A model generated the notes under the pieces. It worked only from the letters and a program-made list of their open reading frames with translations. It did not search any database and had not been told where the DNA came from. A DNA stretch of 10,636 nt from an uncultured Oligoflexus sp. (GTDB lineage Bacteria > Bdellovibrionota_B > Oligoflexia > Oligoflexales > Oligoflexaceae). The DNA lies in contig CAXSGP010000131.1 of assembly GCA_964236955.1 (NCBI GenBank), positions 1-10,636 on the forward strand. Direction: 5' to 3'. The position numbers and the translations under genes are program-made. Each line of letters starts with the position of its first letter. Positions within the stretch are counted from its first letter, which is position 1. Of this stretch, positions 1 through 7,385 are shown one piece after another.

Positions 1-101
1 ATACGAGTTTGCCTGTATTTTTCAATCACTTATCTCAAACGTCAACAGCCCCTAAGCTTCAGCAACTTAAATCCCGGTTTTCCATCCTAGCGGACACGTC
101 T

Positions 102-128
102 GCCTGACTCTATGAGTCGGGCTTTTTT
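102..128 (+). terminator. Rho-independent terminator of an upstream transcript
   Basis: Stem GCCTGACTC (102-110) pairs with GAGTCGGGC (114-122): 9 bp with one G-U and a TAT loop. It is followed by T6 (123-128) and then a T10 run. Confidence 0.85.
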
Positions 129-195
129 AATTTTTTTTTTACACTGAGCTTTGGATCGATTGCCTTTTCCTCACCCGCTCATAGCGCTCTTGCTT

Positions 196-215
196 TTGGT
201 AGCATAAGGTACCAA
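196..215. promoter_or_regulatory. Candidate operator (inverted repeat) upstream of the monooxygenase operon
   Basis: TTGGTA-N8-TACCAA with perfect 6-bp arms, ending 27 nt before the ATG at 243. A TTGCTT -35-like hexamer lies at 190-195 and an RBS-like GGGAG at 231-235. Confidence 0.4.
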
Positions 216-242
216 TATATTTCGGCACGTGGGAGTACTAAA

Positions 243-1739
243 ATGAAAGCAACTTCTTCGCATCCGATCAAGATAGAAACCCAGACGTCGGTCGAAACTG
301 TAATAATTGGAAGTGGATTCAGTGGGTTAGGGATGGCTATCCAGCTCAAGATGAAGGGCATTGACGACTTTTTGGTGCTCGAGCGAGCCGATGAGGTGGG
401 AGGAGTGTGGCGGGATAACTCCTATCCAGGCTGTGCCTGCGATGTGGAATCGTATCTCTATTCCTTTTCCTTTGCGCCCAATCCCAATTGGACCCGTAGA
501 TTTTCGGGGCAGCAGGAGATATGGGATTATCTGCGCGACTGTGCCGATCGATTCGATGTCCGCCGTCACCTGCGTTTCAATCAGGAATTGCTCAAAGCGG
601 TCTGGGATGCAAAGGCTCAGGCCTGGCAGCTGGAGACATCGCAGGGGCGGATCACAGCGCGTATTCTTATCAGCGGAACCGGCGCTTTTAGTGAAGCTTT
701 GGTGCCCCCGATTCCGGGTCTGACATCCTTTCAGGGTATGAGTTTTCACTCTTCGGATTGGCAGCATGATTACGATTTGGCCGGCAGGAAAGTTGCCGTC
801 ATTGGCACCGGTGCCTCAGCGATACAGTTTATTCCCAGGATTCAGGCCGTGGTTGATTCGCTCAGCGTTTTCCAAAGAACTCCCCCTTGGATACTACCCA
901 AAGCTGACAAGGCGATACCAGGCGAAGAAAAAAAGCGTTTTACTAAGTTCCCACTGCTTCAAAAGGCTTCGCGCCTCTTCATCTATGCGCAGCGGGAAGC
1001 CTATGGAACGACTTTTCGCTATCCAAAGCTGATGGGCTTTGGCAAAGAGATGGCGCTTCATCATATGCGTAAGCGTATTAAAGATCCCATACTCCGCGAA
1101 AAGCTGACGCCAAACTACGAGATAGGCTGCAAACGTGTGCTCCTATCGAATGATTATTATCCCGCACTCGCCAAGCCCAATGTCGCAGTCATTACCGATC
1201 CCATAATGTCCATTAGCACGAAAGGTGTGGTGACTCAGGACGGCAAAGAGCACCGATTGGATGCTATTATTTGGGGGACAGGCTTTCGGGTGACAGAATT
1301 TGCCATCGCCCACAGGATTGTCGGCAAAGACGGCAAATCTCTTTCTGATCATTGGCAAGGAGCGCCGGGAGCTTATCTCGGCACTACGGTCAGCGGCTTT
1401 CCAAACTACTTTACGCTGCTTGGACCCAATACCGGACTTGGACATTCTTCGGTCGTCTTGATGATAGAAGCACAGATTGAGCTGGTTCTCAGCTCGGTGC
1501 AATACTTCCGAAAGAAAAAGCTTTCCGAAATGGAACCGGATCGCGCCCGGGAGCTAGCCTTTATCAAAGAAGTGGATAAACTCTCCAGCGGGACGGTTTG
1601 GCTATCGGGCGGTTGTAAGAGCTGGTATCTCGACAGCACGGGTCGGAACTCAACGCTCTGGCCCAGTTCCATCGGGTCCTTTCGGCGTCGGATCCTACCC
1701 TTTCGCAGGCGCGATTATACTGTAAAGGAGGCAAAGTGA
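243..1739 (+). CDS. Flavin-containing monooxygenase, type I Baeyer-Villiger monooxygenase family (498 aa)
   Basis: FAD Rossmann motif GSGFSG; BVMO motif GGVWRDNSYPGCACD ([AG]GxWxxxx[FY]P[GM]xxxD); fingerprint FQGMSFHSSDW (FxGxxxHxxxW); NADPH motif GTGASA; GCKR carrying the catalytic-type Arg; C-terminal GGCKSWY. RBS GGGAG. Confidence 0.95.
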   Translation: MKATSSHPIKIETQTSVETVIIGSGFSGLGMAIQLKMKGIDDFLVLERADEVGGVWRDNSYPGCACDVESYLYSFSFAPNPNWTRRFSGQQEIWDYLRDCADRFDVRRHLRFNQELLKAVWDAKAQAWQLETSQGRITARILISGTGAFSEALVPPIPGLTSFQGMSFHSSDWQHDYDLAGRKVAVIGTGASAIQFIPRIQAVVDSLSVFQRTPPWILPKADKAIPGEEKKRFTKFPLLQKASRLFIYAQREAYGTTFRYPKLMGFGKEMALHHMRKRIKDPILREKLTPNYEIGCKRVLLSNDYYPALAKPNVAVITDPIMSISTKGVVTQDGKEHRLDAIIWGTGFRVTEFAIAHRIVGKDGKSLSDHWQGAPGAYLGTTVSGFPNYFTLLGPNTGLGHSSVVLMIEAQIELVLSSVQYFRKKKLSEMEPDRARELAFIKEVDKLSSGTVWLSGGCKSWYLDSTGRNSTLWPSSIGSFRRRILPFRRRDYTVKEAK

Positions 1740-2797
1740 GCGAACAGTACCGTAGTCCCAAAGAGCTCAAAGAGCATCGCTTTCTGGAATCCTTGTTGCG
1801 TTTGCCCCTTGGTATCTTGCTCAGGGCTTTTCGGCAAAAGCCCGTGATTAAGGACGGCCAAACCCTTCATCCGGAAATGCAGGCGATTCTGCTCCTACGC
1901 AAAATGAAAAAATCTCCAGGTATGGGCGATCGCCCTCCCCTTGCCTCAAGAAAAGCCCTGAGGCGCGATGCCCGCGTTCATGGTTACCGTACCGCCAACG
2001 AAATCGCCACAATCGAACATAATATACCGACTGACGATGGGAGCCTGATCAAGGCCCGCCTCTATAAACCCAATGGTTTAGGGAAAGATCCCGGGCCACT
2101 TCTCGTTTTTTTTCATGGCGGAGGTTTTGTCCTGGGTGACATTGAAAGCTACGATCCCGTGTGTCGCTTCGTCTGTGATAAGGCTCAGATCCGGCTCCTT
2201 TCCGTCGATTATCGTCTGGCTCCGGAATTTCCCTTTCCGACCGGTCTAAGCGATTCCATCGCAGCCTATCGTTGGGCCTACTCAAACGCTGAACTTTTAG
2301 GAGCGAATCCCTATTCAATCGCGGTCGGAGGGGATAGCGCGGGAGCCAACTTTGCGGCTCATATTGCCCAAATCACAGCGGTGGAGGGCAAGGCGCAACC
2401 CCTCTATCAATGGTTAATCTATCCGACCCTCGATCGATCGCGGGCCTATCCCTCTGCCCAACTCTTTGCCGACGGGTTTTTCCTTAGGGCTAAGGATCTT
2501 GCCTATTTCAACGAACATTATGGAGCAACGGATCCTCACGATGTGCGGGTGTCGATCATCAATGGCCCCCGCCTATCCGGGCTGGCTCGAACCCTGGTGG
2601 TCACGGCTGGCTTTGATCCCCTGCGGGACGAGGGGGAGGCCTATGCCGAAGCCTTGCGTCGTGCAGGGACTCGCGTTGATCTTATACGTTTTCCGGGTCT
2701 GATTCATGGATTTATTAATATGATAGGGCTCAGCCCCGAGGCTAAAAGAAGCTTTGGTGAAGCGGTCAATCACCTGAAGGGTGCCATGCATGTCTAA
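1736..2797 (+). CDS. Alpha/beta hydrolase, HSL-family (family IV) esterase/lipase (353 aa)
   Basis: HGGGF oxyanion motif, VDYRLAPE, GDSAG nucleophile elbow, DPLRDEG (Asp) and HGF (His). The GTG start overlaps the monooxygenase stop (GTGA) and has AAGGAGG upstream. Confidence 0.95.
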   Translation: MSEQYRSPKELKEHRFLESLLRLPLGILLRAFRQKPVIKDGQTLHPEMQAILLLRKMKKSPGMGDRPPLASRKALRRDARVHGYRTANEIATIEHNIPTDDGSLIKARLYKPNGLGKDPGPLLVFFHGGGFVLGDIESYDPVCRFVCDKAQIRLLSVDYRLAPEFPFPTGLSDSIAAYRWAYSNAELLGANPYSIAVGGDSAGANFAAHIAQITAVEGKAQPLYQWLIYPTLDRSRAYPSAQLFADGFFLRAKDLAYFNEHYGATDPHDVRVSIINGPRLSGLARTLVVTAGFDPLRDEGEAYAEALRRAGTRVDLIRFPGLIHGFINMIGLSPEAKRSFGEAVNHLKGAMHV

Positions 2798-3617
2798 ACA
2801 GCGAATCTTTATTACCGGGGGAGCTTCCGGGCTTGGCGAGGCACTTGCCGAACGTTATGCTCAGGATAATTGGTCGGTCTGTATCGGGGATATCAATGTC
2901 GAGCGCGGTGAAGCCGTGGCGGCAGCTTTGAAAAGCCAAGGCGTGCGGTCGCAATTTTTGCGCTGTGATGTGACGAAGGATGCCGATCTTGAGGCCGCCG
3001 CCCAGTGGTTGATGAGCAACTGGGACGGGGTGGATATAGTGGTGAATAATGCGGGCGTGGCCCTGGCTGGACACTTTGAAGACACCGCTCTGGAAAATTG
3101 GAATTGGATCATCGATATCAATCTGCTTGGTGTCGTGAGAGGCTGCAAGGTCTTTGTCAAGATATTTCAGGCTCAAGGGTCTGGGCAGTTTATTAACATC
3201 GCTTCGGCAGCAGGCCTAATTCACCTGCCCCGCATGGCTGCCTATAACGCAAGCAAAGCCGCCGTCATCGCCTTATCGGAAACCCTTCGCTTTGAATATC
3301 CGAAGGTCAAAGTCTCGGTCGTTTGTCCAACCTTCTTTAAAACGCGCCTTGCCGAAACGCTCCGCACCAGCGATCCATCGACCCGTGCGGAAATGACCAA
3401 ACTTGTGACCTATTCCAAGGTTCCGGCGAGCTTTATCGCGAATGCTATCTATAAAGATGCAGCAAAAAATATATTCATGATCCTGCCCGATAGGGAGGCA
3501 CGCAAGGCCAGATTGTTAAAGAGGGTGATGTCCGAAGTCCTCTATTTCAAGGCCGTAGGACTGCAGATGAAACTTATACGCAAGAAATTGGCGAAGTCCA
3601 AACGACCCGCTACTTGA
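2790..3617 (+). CDS. Classical short-chain dehydrogenase/reductase (SDR), about 275 aa
   Basis: TGGASGLG, NNAG and catalytic YNASK (YxxxK). The acidic GDIN after beta2 suggests an NAD(H) preference. I prefer the ATG at 2790 (MSKQRIFITG), which overlaps the esterase by 8 nt and has GAAGG upstream, over the GTG at 2781. Confidence 0.93.
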   Translation: MSKQRIFITGGASGLGEALAERYAQDNWSVCIGDINVERGEAVAAALKSQGVRSQFLRCDVTKDADLEAAAQWLMSNWDGVDIVVNNAGVALAGHFEDTALENWNWIIDINLLGVVRGCKVFVKIFQAQGSGQFINIASAAGLIHLPRMAAYNASKAAVIALSETLRFEYPKVKVSVVCPTFFKTRLAETLRTSDPSTRAEMTKLVTYSKVPASFIANAIYKDAAKNIFMILPDREARKARLLKRVMSEVLYFKAVGLQMKLIRKKLAKSKRPAT

Positions 3618-3625
3618 AGGCTAAG

Positions 3626-3654
3626 ACCTCCTTGATTCTGAAGGAGGTTTTTTT
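3626..3654 (+). terminator. Rho-independent terminator of the BVMO-esterase-SDR operon
   Basis: ACCTCCTT (3626-3633) and AAGGAGGT (3641-3648) form a perfect 8-bp stem with a 7-nt loop, followed by a T run to 3654. It begins 8 nt after the SDR stop. Confidence 0.9.
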
Positions 3655-4093
3655 CACTGAAGAGCCCGGTGGGGATCAAAGATCTTTAATCAAGCAGCCG
3701 CACCGTATCGCCCACGTTTAATACCTCGCCTTCGCCTTCAAAGGTCAGGGTCAATTACCGATCTTTACCAGTCCAGCAGGACTTCCGAAAGAAAGATAGG
3801 CAAGCTTTTGGTACCGGACAAATTTTTCGTAACATCAAATTTATACCGTATTGCCATGCAGCCGATACGATTGGTGAGAGGGAGTCCGGCGGGATGAGGT
3901 CGAAAAGAAGGGCGCCAATAAATTCTAAAATAGGGAATTGTTTATTCCATCCGATGGCTTAGCAGGGATAATTGAATTCTGAGGAATTGCGGCTTAAGTA
4001 TTGCGTGGTTTGAGCGACAAGGAGAGTTATCAGGACTTTTTGGTTTATCATCTGACTTATGCAAAGTGTGCATTGTAGGAAGGAAGCTATTTT

Positions 4094-4453
4094 ATGTCGG
4101 TCGCCATTCAAAGATCAAAAGATCAACGCGCCAAGCCTCGTTTCAAGATTGCCGTGCATGCCCATATCAAGGCCCAATTGATTGGCAGTTTCAATAAGTA
4201 TCCCTTTATTACCGAAAATATCAGTGAATCGGGTTTGCTCGTCAATCATCCCGTGAACATGCGTCCGGGCTTCAATGTTCAAACCATCCTTGAGGTATGG
4301 TTGCTCGACGACAATGGCAATGAGATCTTCTTCTTCGCAAAATATGTCCGCAAGGCAAGTGAAAGCTCCTTTGCCATCAAGGTCATCGACATCGACCTCA
4401 ACAATGCCAAACTCTATTACGACTTTATCGCCTCCCACCGCGACAGTCATTGA
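4094..4453 (+). CDS. Stand-alone PilZ-domain protein, putative c-di-GMP receptor (119 aa)
   Basis: QRAKPRF matches RxxxR and ENISESG matches (D/N)xSxxG. The size fits a single beta-rich domain, and there is a purine-rich RBS AGGAAGGA upstream. Confidence 0.85.
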   Translation: MSVAIQRSKDQRAKPRFKIAVHAHIKAQLIGSFNKYPFITENISESGLLVNHPVNMRPGFNVQTILEVWLLDDNGNEIFFFAKYVRKASESSFAIKVIDIDLNNAKLYYDFIASHRDSH

Positions 4454-4463
4454 AGGCATGCGT

Positions 4464-4529
4464 GGGGGCCTGGGCCTTTGCCCTGGCCTCCCTTTCCCCC
4501 TTCGCCCTCTGCACCCTGACGCTGCTCCC
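4464..4529 (+). terminator. GC-rich hairpin plus C-rich tract after the PilZ gene (possible atypical or Rho-dependent terminator)
   Basis: Hairpin GGGGGCC-T-GGGC/CTTT/GCCC-T-GGCCTCC (4464-4491) with only a weak T tract. Positions 4487-4529 have 25 C and 5 G in 43 nt. Confidence 0.4.
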
Positions 4530-4722
4530 AAAGCCTTTTACCCGAGCATTTATAGGACTTGACCGGACTGGGCCGGAACGTTTGACGAGCTTATAGGGTC
4601 AGCGATATTCCTTGAAACCGCAATTGATCTTAGAAAATAGCGCTGGGCCCTCCGGGGACTTTAGGATATCTCTAAGGCGAGGGTCGCCTCCAGCTTTAAA
4701 CTTCCCAAGATCGGATGTCGCC

Positions 4723-5244
4723 ATGATGAAGCGAAGCCTGCTTATAGTCTATACCGGCGATGGCAAAGGCAAGACAACCGCAGCCTTTGGTCTCGTCTAT
4801 CGTGCCCTCGGACGAAGGTGGAAGGTCGGCATCGTTCAATTCGTTAAGGGCAAGTGGGTGACGGGCGAGCATATGTTTTCGAAAAAACTTGAAGCTGTGG
4901 ATCATTATCTCATGGGTGAAGGCTTCACTTGGGAAAGTAAAAACATTGAAATCGATAGAGCCGCCGCTCGGGAAGCTTGGGTCAAGGCATTGGGTCTCAT
5001 CCGTGCCGGTGAACACAAGCTCATTGTGCTTGACGAATTCACCTACCCGATGAGTTTTGGATGGCTGGACGAAACGGAGGTGATTCCTCACCTCCTTGCA
5101 CGGCCGCCGCATGTGACGGTAGTGATCACCGGCCGCGATGCCTCACCGGCCCTTATCGAAGCTGCGGATCTGGTCAGTGAGATGCGGCTTGTTAAACATC
5201 CCTTTGAAAAAGGTTTGCGGGCACTGGTCGGAGTGGATTTTTAG
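4723..5244 (+). CDS. cobO: Cob(I)yrinic acid a,c-diamide / corrinoid adenosyltransferase (CobA/CobO/BtuR family), about 173 aa
   Basis: VYTGDGKGKTTAAFG P-loop, VQFVKG, GEGFTW, LIVLDE, VVITGR, ADLVSEM and KHPF-x-KG motifs. The start is likely ATG 4723 or 4726 rather than TTG 4612. Confidence 0.95.
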   Translation: MMKRSLLIVYTGDGKGKTTAAFGLVYRALGRRWKVGIVQFVKGKWVTGEHMFSKKLEAVDHYLMGEGFTWESKNIEIDRAAAREAWVKALGLIRAGEHKLIVLDEFTYPMSFGWLDETEVIPHLLARPPHVTVVITGRDASPALIEAADLVSEMRLVKHPFEKGLRALVGVDF

Positions 5245-5256
5245 ATTCCTTCCCGA

Positions 5257-6408
5257 CTAGCCATTCTTCATGAAGGCCGTGATCTCATCCTGCCTGACGA
5301 GTGTGTCAGCATAACCAAGATCCAAGAGTGGTTGGACGCATTCATTGAAAAAGGCCAGATAACTTATCATCGACTGCCCTTGGCCATCGCGATCAGAGGC
5401 CCCAAAACCTTTTAGAAGATAACGCAATGAGGGCGGAAAGCCATTGACGAGACTGGGTAATACGTCGGTCAGGTTTTTCGATGGCATGAGGTTGAGAATA
5501 GGAATTTCTTTTAGCGAAGGATCGCCGGCGTCGCCCATGGTACTTCGATAGCGGGCGATGGAATCGTTTATTCTTTTAAGGCGCTCGGTGTCGGCATGCA
5601 GGGGATCGAGGAAGAGTGAGTTAAAGAGTTCTCCTGATATTTGGGCGAGAGAGGGTGCTTTGGTGATAGGCGCGGCTGCATCGCCGGCTTTTCGCTCGTG
5701 CCGTATGCCGATGCAGAGGAGCCGATCCGCTCCCAGATGAATGGCCGGACTGAGGGGCGTCATCTGTCTTACGCTGCCATCGCCATAGTAGCGATTGTTG
5801 ATGGCCACGGGAGGAAAAAATACTGGAATGGCAGCAGAAGCAAGGACGTGTTCCATTTGGATGGTGGTGCGCTGCCCGGTTCGGCCGGCACGTTCCCAGC
5901 CGCTTACATCATCGGCTGCTTCAAAAAATGAAACGGTGCGGTCATTAAAATATTCCAAAGCCGACAAAGCCAATGCGTGTAATGTTTTATTGGCGATATT
6001 GGTACGGATCGCATCAAAATCTATTTCCCGCGACAGAAGTTTGCCAAGTGGACTGGTATCAAGAAGATAGTTGGCAATTTCTCTCGTGCCGCTCTTGCCA
6101 CCTATCAAGGTCCTGACGATCCAGGCAAAACCAATGGCAGAGAGGGATTTACTGGTGGTTTCATAGATATCTTTGAGTTCAATATTCTTCCATAGATTAT
6201 AGAGGCTCGTGGCACCTTCCACCCATGACTCAGCCTTCGAGCTAAGATAAGCGGCATTGATGCCCCCTGCTGAGGTGCCACAAATAGTTTGGAAGGGAAT
6301 CGATTGCGTGGGTAAGATTTCCGCCAGCGCTTTGATCGCTCCGACCTGATAGGCTACGCGAGCTCCACCGCCTGTTAACACCAGTCCAGACCGTATAGTT
6401 GAAGTCAT
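5257..6408 (-). CDS. Patatin-like phospholipase (about 383 aa)
   Basis: LVLTGGGARVAYQVG oxyanion loop, GTSAG nucleophile, ASAAIPVFFP and catalytic-Asp motif GDGS. The ATG at 6408 (MTSTIRSG) is preceded by a strong RBS GGGGAGGA. Confidence 0.93.
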   Translation of the reverse strand: MTSTIRSGLVLTGGGARVAYQVGAIKALAEILPTQSIPFQTICGTSAGGINAAYLSSKAESWVEGATSLYNLWKNIELKDIYETTSKSLSAIGFAWIVRTLIGGKSGTREIANYLLDTSPLGKLLSREIDFDAIRTNIANKTLHALALSALEYFNDRTVSFFEAADDVSGWERAGRTGQRTTIQMEHVLASAAIPVFFPPVAINNRYYGDGSVRQMTPLSPAIHLGADRLLCIGIRHERKAGDAAAPITKAPSLAQISGELFNSLFLDPLHADTERLKRINDSIARYRSTMGDAGDPSLKEIPILNLMPSKNLTDVLPSLVNGFPPSLRYLLKGFGASDRDGQGQSMISYLAFFNECVQPLLDLGYADTLVRQDEITAFMKNG

Positions 6409-6644
6409 AAATTCCTCCCCGATGACGATAATTGATCCTGTCGATTTCAACAAGAAGGTCCGTTCAAGGGCTTAAATTCCAAATTGATTCGATCGAGTCG
6501 GGGCCCAGGCTGGGAGACGGTCCTGGTGCAAATGGACCATGAGGAGAGCAGGTCATGGGCCGCTGAGGGAGCGATCGTTGCCAATAGATCAGAGCCGACG
6601 GGAAAGGTTTGTTGGCAAGCGTCGATCGGGAGGGGCTCACTTGC

Positions 6645-7385
6645 TCAGTTGGGGATCTCAAGGCGAAATTTGATTTCGGTCCATCCTTCCACTGAGTTGC
6701 CGAACTTATCTTTTCTTGCTGTAAATCTTGCCTGGCGGGCTGTCTCCAAAATCCTATTATCCATGCCATAGCCAACCTTCTTCCTGAGTTCCGCTTTGGT
6801 CACGACTCCCTGAGAATTGACAAAGACTTCAACGGTCACCGGCATTTCCAGATTGGCGTCTATCGCGTCATCGGTGTATTTGGGGATGATGATGGTTGAG
6901 GCCAACAAAACGGCTTCAGCACTCAAATCTTCATGGGTTAAGGGCTTGATAGTTTCAGCCTTGGGGCGTTCGCCTTTATCCCCTGTCATGAGAGTGTTTC
7001 CAGCGGGGACCGCAATTCCGTCAGCAGTAGGACTCAGTGCCTTTGGATTGAGCCCTAACACGGGCTTGGCTGGTTTTGAACTAAGCTCCTGGGGCTTTTG
7101 ATTGGCAGCGGCCTTGGCCTTTGGGGGGGGCTTCGGCGGAGGCGGAGGGTCGGGTTTAATGGGGACTTCAGCAATCTCCTTCACCAAGGGTTTCGCTTTT
7201 TCAATAGTTTTGATGGTGACTTTTATCGGAGCGGGTCTTTTAGGAAGTTCCTGAGGCTTTTTTAGATAAAGAAAGCTTCCTAAAATAATATGTATGACTA
7301 TGGAAATGATCACAGCTTTGATTGGTCGGAGCGGCGCCGAGTTCCATCGACTCAAAGTATTTTGGTGATTATATCCCTGTGACAT
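6645..7385 (-). CDS. tonB: Energy transducer TonB (246 aa)
   Basis: N-terminal transmembrane segment AVIISIVIHIILGSFLYL with SxxxH; Pro/Lys-rich linker PIKPDPPPPPKPPPK; TonB C-terminal domain PKYTDDAIDA...VTVEVFVNSQGVV...GYGMD...ARFTAR. Confidence 0.88.
   Translation of the reverse strand: MSQGYNHQNTLSRWNSAPLRPIKAVIISIVIHIILGSFLYLKKPQELPKRPAPIKVTIKTIEKAKPLVKEIAEVPIKPDPPPPPKPPPKAKAAANQKPQELSSKPAKPVLGLNPKALSPTADGIAVPAGNTLMTGDKGERPKAETIKPLTHEDLSAEAVLLASTIIIPKYTDDAIDANLEMPVTVEVFVNSQGVVTKAELRKKVGYGMDNRILETARQARFTARKDKFGNSVEGWTEIKFRLEIPN

Noticed and set aside
2..55. Possible 3' end of an upstream + strand gene (YEFACIFQSLISNVNSP*)
   Set aside because: It fits the terminator at 102-128 but is too short to support a call.
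4612..4722. 37-aa N-terminal extension of CobO from TTG 4612
   Set aside because: Family similarity begins at MMKRSLLIVYTG. The extension has no motif and the TTG lacks a convincing RBS.
4454..4722. Cobalamin riboswitch upstream of cobO
   Set aside because: No GGGAA...GGTG-x-AA-x-TCC, GCCACTG or B12-box elements were found in the proper order.
6421..6439. Fur-box-like GATGACGATAATTGATCCT
   Set aside because: Only 11 of 19 positions match the consensus, and it lies before patatin rather than before the receptor.
6409..6453. Longer patatin start at 6453
   Set aside because: A strong RBS (GGGGAGGA) sits directly before ATG 6408, and the patatin domain starts right after it.
6578..6618. SRP (4.5S) RNA resemblance of the long hairpin
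   Set aside because: The conserved CAGG...GNRA...AGCAG domain IV signature is absent.
6464..6775. ORFs 6464-6775 (-) and 6484-6771 (+)
   Set aside because: Both overlap the tonB C-terminal domain by about 130 nt and show no motifs, so they are likely shadow frames.
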